DNA of 64,000 nt, from contig JBPOGH010000004.1 in NCBI GenBank assembly GCA_051252135.1, positions 32,001 through 96,000 of the forward strand, given 5' to 3'. The stretch's first letter is position 1. Every line of letters starts with the position of its first letter. The translations under genes were made by a program, and so were the position numbers. The notes under the pieces are model-generated. The model was not told the DNA's origin. It saw only the letters and a list, made by a program, of their open reading frames with translations, and searched no databases. Source of the stretch: Verrucomicrobiaceae bacterium. GTDB lineage: Bacteria > Verrucomicrobiota > Verrucomicrobiia > Verrucomicrobiales > Akkermansiaceae. Positions 20,733 to 30,433 of the stretch are shown one piece after another.

Positions 20733-22861
20733 AGGGGGCTTCCGCTCACTTTGATTTCTTCATCGGTGTAGTGGATTTTTGTCCATTGGCCAGCGATGGG
20801 GAGGCGGACTTCCATCCAGTCCCAGGATTTGGGAAGGGCGGGTTGGATGGTGAGCTTTTGGTCGGGGAGGGAGTAGCTGAGGCCGGCGAGTCCTTCGAGG
20901 TAGAGGAGGATTTTTCCGGCGTTGAAGTTGGAGTATTGGTCTCCGAAGAGGGTGAGATCGCGGCGGTAGGCTTCGGGGGCGACGGGGATGTTCCACTCGC
21001 GGTGGAAGTTGTAGTTTTCGAGGTGGTTGAGGGTAAGTTGGGAGGCTTCTTTTTTGAGGCCCTGGCTGAAGATGCCATCGATGGTGAAGTAGGCGGTGTC
21101 GGGGGTGTAGCCGAAGGCGTGATCGTCCTGGGAGGCGAAGGTCTTCATGGACTGCTTGGCCATGGCGAGGGGGAACCATGCGCCGAGGAATCCTTTATCT
21201 TGATCGAGAGCCCAGGATTGGACGAAGGGCTGGGCGTATTCCCTTGGGAAGTGGGGGGAGCGCATGGCCCAGAATCCGTTGGTCATGAGCATGCGGCTTT
21301 CGGGGGCTTCGAAGTAGTGGGGGACGCCGTTCATTTCCCAACGTTGGGCAAACATTTCGCGGATGTGGGCGGGGTCGCGGCGGATGATGTTTTGCCAGTG
21401 GGGGATGTCGTTTTCGTGACCGGTGAGGCGGGCCATTTTTTCGAGGATTTCGGCGACCTCGAATTGGTTCATGGAGAAGCTGCCGATGCGTTTGCGGAAG
21501 AGTTTGGCGAAGTGGTCCTGGTAGCAATTGTTGAGGAAGTCGAGGTCGCCGGTGTGCTCATAAATTTGCCACGCGCCGATGACGTGCTCGGTGGTTTCGA
21601 CTCCGTAGGCGCCGCTGTGCCAGGTGGTGCCTTTGTTATCAGAGAGCATGCGGAGGCCGTTGGGGAGTTCGCGGAAGCGGTTGTTTTTGGTGAGGTGTTT
21701 CCAGGTGAGGACGTTGCCGTAAGCGTAGTGGGGTTTGTTGGTGGTCCAGGCTCCGACTTTGATCTGGAAGGCGGCATCGTAGCGGTGGAGGCCGAGGAAG
21801 TTATTTACGGCGGACTGGGTGTGGTTTTCCATTTCCCAGCCTTGGCCGACCTCGATGGAATACATGAGGTAGAGGGACCAGAGGTAGTAGTAGATATCGA
21901 CGAACTTTTGATCGGGGCAGCGGAAGTGGGGGATTTCGTCGTTGAGTTGCCGGTTCATTTCGGCGGTTTTGGCGGTGAGGTAGGGCTGGGTGTTTTGGAT
22001 GATGTTGCGGGCGGAAGTGAGGGCGGTTTTTTGATCGTCGTGCATGGCCCAAGAGACGGTGGTGCCTTGGGGGTCGCAGGGGAGGGAGAGGGTGTAGTGT
22101 TGAGCTCCGCGGTCGTCTGTCCGGGTGTTGATGGAGGTGGAGAAATCACGGGAAGCGCTGAGGGCGGTGGTCATGCCCTGGTAGACGCAGGGGCCGATGC
22201 GCTCGGGGGCGTCGGGATCGGGTCGGGATTTGACGGTGCCGCCTTCGGTGATGAGGAGGGTGTTCTGTGGTTTGTGATGAGTGAGGGCGGCGGTGGAGGT
22301 GACGCTGTTTCGGTGGAAGAAGGAGTGGCCGGAGAATTGGAGGGTGACGGGCTTGGAGGCGGTGATGAGGGAGGCGGCGGCGTCATTGGCGGCGATGAAC
22401 TTTTCCTCGGTGATGGTGACGCCGGCGAGTTGGTATTCGCAGATGAGTTTATCGGGCCGCCATTTCATGCTGACGGGCTTGGGGTGGGGGTAGGTTATGC
22501 CATCGATGATGACGCTGCCGTAGAGGACGCGGGTGTCTTTGTAGAACTCCCAGCCGTGGTAGTCGTTTCCGGTGCCGGTGTGCTCGGTGCCGGGGAGTTG
22601 GCTTTCGAGGAGTCCGATGCCACGGGAGCGGAGGTCGTGGTGAAAGGGGTGGGTGAGGCCAATGGTTTCGTGCTCGATGAGTTGCCAACTGGCGTGGTAG
22701 CCGCCGATGTAGTAGGTGAGGTTTCCAGCGAGAAAGCCGTGCTTACGGCCTTGGATTTCCTGCGTGAGCTGCTGGCAGTAGTCGGTGAAGGGTGGCTTTT
22801 GGGAGGGGGAAGCGGAGAGGGGGAGATGCAGGAGAATGAGAGCGATGATGATGAGGGGCAT
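20717..22861 (-). CDS. Putative secreted six-hairpin (alpha/alpha)6 glycoside hydrolase
   Basis: Signal peptide, P.F.CPD...YYY.W, WQIYEHTGD.DFL, APEAY, C-terminal LTIQPALPKSWD. Family not resolved. Confidence 0.6.
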   Translation of the reverse strand: MPLIIIALILLHLPLSASPSQKPPFTDYCQQLTQEIQGRKHGFLAGNLTYYIGGYHASWQLIEHETIGLTHPFHHDLRSRGIGLLESQLPGTEHTGTGNDYHGWEFYKDTRVLYGSVIIDGITYPHPKPVSMKWRPDKLICEYQLAGVTITEEKFIAANDAAASLITASKPVTLQFSGHSFFHRNSVTSTAALTHHKPQNTLLITEGGTVKSRPDPDAPERIGPCVYQGMTTALSASRDFSTSINTRTDDRGAQHYTLSLPCDPQGTTVSWAMHDDQKTALTSARNIIQNTQPYLTAKTAEMNRQLNDEIPHFRCPDQKFVDIYYYLWSLYLMYSIEVGQGWEMENHTQSAVNNFLGLHRYDAAFQIKVGAWTTNKPHYAYGNVLTWKHLTKNNRFRELPNGLRMLSDNKGTTWHSGAYGVETTEHVIGAWQIYEHTGDLDFLNNCYQDHFAKLFRKRIGSFSMNQFEVAEILEKMARLTGHENDIPHWQNIIRRDPAHIREMFAQRWEMNGVPHYFEAPESRMLMTNGFWAMRSPHFPREYAQPFVQSWALDQDKGFLGAWFPLAMAKQSMKTFASQDDHAFGYTPDTAYFTIDGIFSQGLKKEASQLTLNHLENYNFHREWNIPVAPEAYRRDLTLFGDQYSNFNAGKILLYLEGLAGLSYSLPDQKLTIQPALPKSWDWMEVRLPIAGQWTKIHYTDEEIKVSGSPLQVLR

Positions 22862-22904
22862 CAGGGGAGGGATACGATGGATGGTGGCGGTGTTTTATCG
22901 CAAT

Positions 22905-22937
22905 AAAAAAGCCCGACTCTACGTGAGCCGGGCTTTT
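22905..22937 (-). terminator. Intrinsic terminator after pgk
   Basis: AAAAAAGCCCG...CGGGCTTTT hairpin just beyond the pgk stop. Confidence 0.85.
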
Positions 22938-22956
22938 GGGAAATATGGGGTGCCGT

Positions 22957-24156
22957 TTACTTGTCGGTGAGAGCCGCGACTCCGGGGAGGGGTTTTCCTT
23001 CGAGGAGTTCGAGGGAGGCACCGCCGCCGGTGGAGATGAAGGAGACCTTGTCGGCGACTCCGAATTTGACGGCTGCGGTGACGGAGTCTCCTCCGCCGAC
23101 GATGCTGAGGGCACCGCTGTCAGCGATGGCGTTGGCGATGGCGTCGGTTCCTTTTGCGAAGCAGTCTTTTTCGAAGACACCCATGGGGCCGTTCCAGAGG
23201 ATGGTCTTGGCTCCTGCGATGACTTCTTTGAATTCCTCGATGGCGACGTCGCCGATGTCGATGCCTTCTTTGTCGGCCGGGATGGCGCCGCCTTGTCCGT
23301 AGACTTCGGTGTTCCAGGTTTCGGCTCCTTCTTTGAACTCCTTGGTGATGCGGGTGTCGGCGGGGAGGAGGAAGTTGACGCCTTTTTCTTCAGCGGCTTT
23401 GAGAATTTCGAGGGCGAGTTCCTGCTTGTCGTCTTCGACGAGGCTCATGCCGATCTCGTAGCCTTGTGCTTTGCGGAAGGTGTAGGCCATGGCGCCACCG
23501 ATGAGGATGGTGTCGGCTTTGTCGAGGAGGGCGGTGATGACTTCGATTTTATCGGAGACTTTGGCGCCGCCCATGATGACGACGAAGGGGCTTTCGGCCT
23601 GGTCGAGTTTGACCTGGAGGAACTCGAGTTCTTTCTCGATGAGGAAGCCCATGGCGGACTGGCTCACGTGGTGGGTGACTCCTTCGGTGGAAGCGTGGGC
23701 GCGGTGGGCGGTGCCGAAAGCGTCGTTGACGAAGAGCTCGGCATCGCCGGCGAGGGCTTTGGCGAACGTGGGGTCGTTGGCTTTTTCTTCTGAGTAGTAG
23801 CGGGTGTTCTCGAGGAGAATGATGTCGCCATTTTCGAGGGCGGCGCGGGCGGCTTCGGCGTCATCTCCGATGCAATCGGGAGCGAAGGCGACGGCGCAGC
23901 CGAGGAGGGTGCCGAGGTGCTCGGCAGCGGGAGCGAGGGAGTATTTGACTTCCTTTTCCGCGGATGGGCGACCCATGTGGGAGCAGAGAACGATTTTAGC
24001 ACCGGCGGCCTTGAGGTGCTCGATGGTGGGGAGGGCGGCACGGATGCGGGTGTCATCGGTGATTTCGAGGGCGTCGTTTTTGGGGACGTTGAAGTCGACG
24101 CGGACGAGGACTTCTTTACCGGCAACATCGAGATCACGGACAGTGAGTTTATTCAT
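22957..24156 (-). CDS. pgk: Phosphoglycerate kinase
   Basis: RVDFNVP, SHMGRP, LLENTR, NDAFGTAHRAHAS, GGAKVSDK, WNGPMGVFE, STGGGASLE. Confidence 0.98.
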   Translation of the reverse strand: MNKLTVRDLDVAGKEVLVRVDFNVPKNDALEITDDTRIRAALPTIEHLKAAGAKIVLCSHMGRPSAEKEVKYSLAPAAEHLGTLLGCAVAFAPDCIGDDAEAARAALENGDIILLENTRYYSEEKANDPTFAKALAGDAELFVNDAFGTAHRAHASTEGVTHHVSQSAMGFLIEKELEFLQVKLDQAESPFVVIMGGAKVSDKIEVITALLDKADTILIGGAMAYTFRKAQGYEIGMSLVEDDKQELALEILKAAEEKGVNFLLPADTRITKEFKEGAETWNTEVYGQGGAIPADKEGIDIGDVAIEEFKEVIAGAKTILWNGPMGVFEKDCFAKGTDAIANAIADSGALSIVGGGDSVTAAVKFGVADKVSFISTGGGASLELLEGKPLPGVAALTDK

Positions 24157-24170
24157 AATGAGAGGGCTTT

Positions 24171-24199
24171 GGAGTGCCTGAAGGGGGCGGGAGTGTCAA
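24171..24199 (-). promoter_or_regulatory. Candidate sigma70 promoter of pgk
   Basis: Perfect TTGACA (24199-24194), 17-nt spacer, weak -10 CACTCC. Confidence 0.45.
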
Positions 24200-24220
24200 G
24201 AATGGAGAGGGGAGGGAGGG

Positions 24221-24592
24221 GCCGCAAAGACGCGAAGGTCTTTAAGGCCGGGTTGCGGGGTGGTTTGGTGTGAGGCGCGTTGGTTTTACACAGAGCCGTT
24301 GAGGGGGAGGAGGATGAGGGAGGGGTTTTTAACCGCAACCGGAACGAAGTGGAGATAGCCTTTGGGCAAATGGACAGGATGGATGGGGTGGCTTGGTTGG
24401 GGGGGAAGGAATGGATGATTTGAGGATTGGACGAATGGATGATTGGCTTGGTTGAGGGGGCTTGGGTTGGGGGGGCTTGGGTTGAGGGGGCTTGGTTGAG
24501 TGGGCTTGGTTGAGGGGGAAGCGGGCAGGGATGCCCGCTCTCCATATTGGCTTGGTTGAGGGGAGGTGAACGGGGCTGGAAGCCCCGGGTCC
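24221..24592. repeat. Mosaic repeat array with ~7 GCTTGG(G)TTG(A/G)GGGG linkers and two REP-like hairpins
   Basis: Linkers near 24390, 24445, 24460, 24475, 24490, 24504 and 24549. Hairpins AGCGGGCA-GGGA-TGCCCGCT (24520-24539) and CGGGGCT-GGA-AGCCCCG (24571-24587). Confidence 0.85.
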
Positions 24593-24599
24593 TTTGATG

Positions 24600-24632
24600 A
24601 AAAAAGCCCCGCCCTTTGGAGGGGCGGGGCTT
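24600..24632 (-). terminator. Intrinsic terminator after the symporter gene
   Basis: AAAAAAGCCCCGCCC...GGGCGGGGCTT. Confidence 0.85.
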
Positions 24633-24651
24633 GGGAAGAGGGTTTCCCAAT

Positions 24652-26259
<1,608 letters not shown>

Positions 26260-26428
26260 TTTATGGGAATGTGTGTTGTTTCCCCGGAAGACGCGAATCT
26301 TCTGAGGTGAAGGACGCTATTGCGAAAGGGGGGTGTTAGGGAAGGGGAAAAAGGATCCGCGTAAAGGAAATGTCGCAATTGTGCAACGAAAGAGGAGGGC
26401 TCGACCTCTTTTGGGGCGATCGGCGACG

Positions 26429-27481
26429 CTATTCAGGGGCTTCTTCCTTTTCGGGAGGAGCGGAGATGGCGATTTCCCGGAGCATTTCTTCGATCTTGGG
26501 GTTGATCTCGTGCTTGAGGGCGGAGGCGGCCATTTTGGTGGCGTTCTTGATGGCGAGGGCGGAGGAGCCGCCGTGGGCAATGATGACGACGCCATTGACG
26601 CCGAGAAGGGGGGAGCCGCCGTAGGATTCGTAGTTCGTCCGTTCTTTGACGGCATTGAAGGCTCCCTTGCCCATGAGGGCTCCGGCGATGCGGACGGGGT
26701 TCTTTTTGAACTCGGCCTTCATCCACTTGGACATGGCCTTGGCGGTGGCTTCGCAGGATTTGAGGACGATGTTTCCGGTGAAGCCGTCGCAGAGGCAGAC
26801 GTCGAGCTTGGTTTGGAAGAGGTCGTGGCCCTCGACATTTCCGCGGAAGGTGAAGGGGGCGTGGCCGCGGTCGACGAGGTGTCTGAGGAGAACCATGGTC
26901 TCCTTGGTGAAGGTGGTGCCTTTTTCGTCTTCCTCGCCGTTGGACATGATGCCGACGTGGGGGTCGGCGACCTTGAGGACTTCACGGGCGTAGACGGAGC
27001 CCATGATGGCGTAGGTGACGAGGTGACTGGGTTTGGCCTCGGGGTTGGCTCCGGCATCGAGGAGGTTGCAGACTCCGAACTCATTGGGGAGCGGGGAGGC
27101 GATGCCGGCGCGGGCGACGCCTTTGAGGAGGCGGAGTTTGACGGTGGCGGCGGCGACGGCGGCTCCGGTGTTTCCGGCGGAGACGAAGGCTCCGGCCTCG
27201 CCGCGTTTGACGAGGTCAGCGGCGACGGCGATGGAGGAGTTTTTTTTACGTCGGAGGGCCTTGGCACCGGATTCCTCCATGCCGACGACCTCGGGGGCGT
27301 CTACAAACGAGACGCGGGGGTCGGTGAGGCCGCATTCCGCGGCTTCCTTGCGGAGGCGGTCCTCGGGTCCGGTGAGGATGAGTTGGGTGACCTCCTTGTT
27401 TTCCTTCAGAAAATCGCGCGCGCCGATGAGATTCACGCCGGGGGCGTGATCACCTCCCATGGCATCCAGGGCGATCTTCAT
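26429..27481 (-). CDS. plsX: Phosphate acyltransferase
   Basis: MKIALDAMGGD, VSAGNTGA, LLDAGAN, GEEDEKG, DGFTGN, GGSPLLG..G...IAHG. Confidence 0.97.
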   Translation of the reverse strand: MKIALDAMGGDHAPGVNLIGARDFLKENKEVTQLILTGPEDRLRKEAAECGLTDPRVSFVDAPEVVGMEESGAKALRRKKNSSIAVAADLVKRGEAGAFVSAGNTGAAVAAATVKLRLLKGVARAGIASPLPNEFGVCNLLDAGANPEAKPSHLVTYAIMGSVYAREVLKVADPHVGIMSNGEEDEKGTTFTKETMVLLRHLVDRGHAPFTFRGNVEGHDLFQTKLDVCLCDGFTGNIVLKSCEATAKAMSKWMKAEFKKNPVRIAGALMGKGAFNAVKERTNYESYGGSPLLGVNGVVIIAHGGSSALAIKNATKMAASALKHEINPKIEEMLREIAISAPPEKEEAPE

Positions 27482-27535
27482 CATGTCAGGACACAAAAAG
27501 GCACGGAATCAGTTCCGCGCCTTTTTGAAAAAGGG

Positions 27536-27718
27536 TTAGACGAGGTCCACCTCGACGACTTCACGACCGCGGTAGGTCCCGCAGGACGGGCACGCGATGT
27601 GTCCAGGGATGCGGCTTTCGCATTCCGGGCAGGTCTTAAGGAGAGGTTTGCGCCAGCGGTTGGCTCCACGACGGAGCTTTTGCTTGTGCTTAGAGGTGCG
27701 GCGTTTTGGTGCGGCCAT
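27536..27718 (-). CDS. rpmF: 50S ribosomal protein L32
   Basis: MAAPKRRTSK, CPEC...CPSCG.YRG, conserved yceD-rpmF-plsX order. Confidence 0.97.
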   Translation of the reverse strand: MAAPKRRTSKHKQKLRRGANRWRKPLLKTCPECESRIPGHIACPSCGTYRGREVVEVDLV

Positions 27719-27737
27719 TGTTCTAGGAAGTAGAGGG

Positions 27738-28220
27738 TTAATCGGTGGATTCGAGCGAGTCGAGTGCGTCCCAAGGGTTGGGTTCGTCCCGCGCGGGGGC
27801 GTTGTCTACTCCATCTTCCACGGGATTGTCCACTGCTAAATACTTCGGATCAATTTCACAATTTCCGCCTTCGTCGCCCTCATCACAGCGGGGATTGCCC
27901 GGGAGGAGGATGATGAGTTCCTCGCGGAGCTCGTCGGTGGGGTCGATGATGCCGCTTTCTCCGATCTCGATGCTGATGGCGACTTCAGGGATTTCGATGG
28001 TTTGGAGGAAGGGGTGGAGGCTGCGCATGCAGGTGAGCTCGAAGGTGGCCTTGAGGGCGCCGGTGAGGAGGAGCTCGGAGTCGAAGCGTTGGACGTGGAG
28101 GTCGTAGTAGAGGGGGCTGGCGGCTTTGGTGTGTTCTTCCTTCAGGTCGAAGGTTTCGGGTGGGAGTTCACCGTTGAGCGAGACGCCTTCGTCGGGCAAG
28201 TTGACCAGTTCGATCTTCAT
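27738..28220 (-). CDS. yceD: YceD/DUF177 family protein
   Basis: C.RSL.P, DELREE..I.LP..P.C, C-terminal PWDAL, located upstream of rpmF. Confidence 0.88.
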   Translation of the reverse strand: MKIELVNLPDEGVSLNGELPPETFDLKEEHTKAASPLYYDLHVQRFDSELLLTGALKATFELTCMRSLHPFLQTIEIPEVAISIEIGESGIIDPTDELREELIILLPGNPRCDEGDEGGNCEIDPKYLAVDNPVEDGVDNAPARDEPNPWDALDSLESTD

Positions 28221-28270
28221 GGGGTGAATTGTAGGTTGAAAGTTGAGCTTTGCATTGTGAAAATGGATTG

Positions 28271-28858
28271 GTGGAGAAAATTCCCCCTTCCTTACTACTC
28301 GGTGCCTATACGGAAGGTGTGTTTCCGATGGCGGAAGATGGGGAGATTTTTTGGTTTGCGCCGACGATGCGGGGGGTGATTCCGCTGGATGAACGTTTTC
28401 ACATTCCGAAGGGATTACGGAGGAGTTTGAAGAAGCGGCCTTTTGAAGTGCGGTGGGATACGTCCTTTCGCGAGGTGATGGAGGGATGTTCGGATCGGGA
28501 GGAGACGTGGATCGATCCGGTGATTATGGACAGTTACTGTGATCTGCATGATTTGGGCTTTGCCCATTCGGTGGAGTGCTGGGATGAGGAGGGCTTGCAG
28601 GGGGGGCTTTACGGGATTCGGATTGGGCGGGCGTTTTTTGGCGAGAGCATGTTTAGCCGGAAGACGGACGCGAGTAAGATTGCGCTGGTGAAGTTGGTGG
28701 AGTGGCTGCGTGAGGAGGGGGTGGTGTTGCTGGATACGCAGTGGATGACGGATCATCTGAGGCAGTTTGGGGGGTATGAGGTGCCGAAGGCGGAGTATGA
28801 GGTGATGTTGGCGGGGGCGCTGGAGGAGCTGAGGGGGGAGGAGGAGGGGAATGGATAA
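28271..28858 (+). CDS. aat: Leucyl/phenylalanyl-tRNA--protein transferase
   Basis: AY..GVFPMA, ETWI, AHSVECW, GGLYG, FFGESMFS, DASKIAL, LLDTQ..T.HL..FG. Confidence 0.95.
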   Translation: MEKIPPSLLLGAYTEGVFPMAEDGEIFWFAPTMRGVIPLDERFHIPKGLRRSLKKRPFEVRWDTSFREVMEGCSDREETWIDPVIMDSYCDLHDLGFAHSVECWDEEGLQGGLYGIRIGRAFFGESMFSRKTDASKIALVKLVEWLREEGVVLLDTQWMTDHLRQFGGYEVPKAEYEVMLAGALEELRGEEEGNG

Positions 28859-28956
28859 TTTAAGAATTGGACGAAGGGATGATTGGCTGGGTTGGGGGGA
28901 AGGGTCAGAAATGAAATTCTTTTCAAGTTTAAGGTTCTTCAGTTATCAAGTTTCAA
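28850..28956. repeat. Second copy of the GAATGGAT...GATTGGCT module with linker, followed by degenerate TTCAAGT-like repeats
   Basis: 28850-28899 aligns with 24409-24460. TTCAAGT/TTAAGGT/TTCAGT/ATCAAGT at 28922-28956. Confidence 0.65.
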
Positions 28957-28973
28957 TATACAATTAGGCTTCT

Positions 28974-29987
28974 ATGAGTTCACGTTCCATTCACGTTTTG
29001 CTTCTTCTGGCAGGGGCATTTTTTGGTGTGCTGATCTTTATTTTCACAAAAAATGACGAAGGTGAGCGAAGTGAAAGTGAACTGGAAAATCGGGAAAGCA
29101 GGAAACCTACGACTTTAATTGTTGAGGACTCATCAGGTAGGCCTGACGGGGAGGAAGCCGTGGTGATTTTTGAAACCGAGAGTTTTTCAAGGCGGATAGA
29201 GGAGACTCCGATCTCATTGCTTGGCGATGTGGAGAGGGAGTTTGGGGTATTAGCTCGATCTGATTGGGAATCGGCATTGAAGCTGGTGTTCGAACAACCC
29301 CCGGGAGCGAAGCGAATCCGACTTTTACAGGTCTTGTTGAGTGAGACTCCGATGAGGGATAGGGAAGGCCTCGTAAGGGCGCTGCTCGGTTCAGATGTTG
29401 AAGATGATTGGACGCGTATCGGGTTGACGCTCAACGTCATGGAAGTTCCGATATCGCCAGCTACGGCTATCGAAATGACTGGTGAGGGTCTTTGTAGGAG
29501 CGATATCCCGGCGTTGATGCTCTTGGATTATGCCGCAATTGTAGTGGTGAGAGATAGTAACGGGATAGAACCTGCGCTAGAGGTGGCCAATTCAGCACCG
29601 CCCCAGTATCGTGAATATATGGTCCGGACGATTATCCGCACGTACGCGGGAAAGAGTCCGACCGAGACGTTAAGACTTGTGTTGTCTGATGATCAGTTAT
29701 TGCAGGATGCGTTCCGCAAAGATGTTGTGAAGTCCGTTGGGCAGCGGGAAGGGCAGAACGCTGTTGAATTTGTTGCGAAGAATGCGGAGGCCAAAAATGA
29801 TTTTCAGTATTTGGAAGGCTACCTTGGAACATGGTTAAGTGCTGATTCTGTCTCGGTGGGGAATTGGGCCAATCAATTGGAGGAGGGCCCGACCAAGAAT
29901 GTCGCCAGGAAGGCGATCGTGAACTATCTCCGTGAGGCTGGTCAGGAGGAGTTGGCCCGAGAATGGGAATCGCCCCAGGTTGAGTAA
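28974..29987 (+). CDS. Hypothetical membrane-anchored helical-repeat protein
   Basis: N-terminal TM. C-terminus W...D..SVGNWANQLEEGP.K..A...V.YL...AREW. Less GC-rich than neighbours. Confidence 0.75.
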   Translation: MSSRSIHVLLLLAGAFFGVLIFIFTKNDEGERSESELENRESRKPTTLIVEDSSGRPDGEEAVVIFETESFSRRIEETPISLLGDVEREFGVLARSDWESALKLVFEQPPGAKRIRLLQVLLSETPMRDREGLVRALLGSDVEDDWTRIGLTLNVMEVPISPATAIEMTGEGLCRSDIPALMLLDYAAIVVVRDSNGIEPALEVANSAPPQYREYMVRTIIRTYAGKSPTETLRLVLSDDQLLQDAFRKDVVKSVGQREGQNAVEFVAKNAEAKNDFQYLEGYLGTWLSADSVSVGNWANQLEEGPTKNVARKAIVNYLREAGQEELAREWESPQVE

Positions 29988-30061
29988 AGTGGGGGGAGTT
30001 CCACACGTCTGCGAAGTTTTCCGGTGCTTGATCAGGGGTAGAGGTTTCGCCACGATGAGCC

Positions 30062-30430
30062 ATGCCCGCACTTTTACGATATTTGATACTGATGGTTCTC
30101 GGGATGACTGTGGCTTGGGGTGAGGTGCGGGACGGGCTAGGGAAACACTGATTAAAGATGAAGCACGCTGAAAGGTTTAATGGATTTTTTAGGCAGGGAA
30201 GCTTCGCTTCCGAGGTGACAGGGGCTGCAGCCCTTTTGGATTCTGGCGACGTTGCTCAGGGAGCCGCTGATCATCAGCGTCACCCTTAGCGCCTTGCCAG
30301 ACTTCAAAATGACTTGCAGCAGCGAACTCCCTCTTTAATCTGCGCTTCCCTATGGAACGGGAAGCCGATGAGCGAGGAGGCGGTTAAGGCAGAGGCGTTT
30401 AGAATGGAAGGGTTTTTCAAAAAAAGGTGA
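30062..30430 (+). pseudogene. Truncated paralog of the 5' end of the Sel1-repeat gene, interrupted by a MITE
   Basis: Reads MPALLRYLILMVLGMTVAWGEVRDGL|insertion|WNGKPMSEEAV, versus AWGEVRDGLWNGKPLSEEVV in the gene at 31738. Confidence 0.8.
30140..30350. mobile_element. 211-bp MITE-like non-autonomous element
   Basis: Terminal inverted repeats GGGAAACACTGATTAAAGA / rc GGGAAGCGCAGATTAAAGA (16/19), TA on both flanks, long internal hairpin 30224-30320, no transposase. Confidence 0.85.
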
Positions 30431-30433
30431 TAT

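Noticed and set aside
20729..22906. 725-aa + strand ORF and similar long antisense ORFs (58172-59995, 7191-8717, 10788-12206, 26333-27733, 46220-47719)
   Set aside because: Shadow frames opposite recognisable genes, with low-complexity composition explained by GC3 and skew.
24390..24570. CRISPR array
   Set aside because: The repeat is only ~14 bp and degenerate, the 'spacers' range from 0 to ~40 bp and are themselves repeats, and there are no cas genes.
26260..26428. Riboswitch or ncRNA upstream of the symporter (also checked 12357-12536 and 48362-48452)
   Set aside because: No recognisable aptamer consensus or tRNA-like fold by eye. An Rfam scan would be needed to exclude one.
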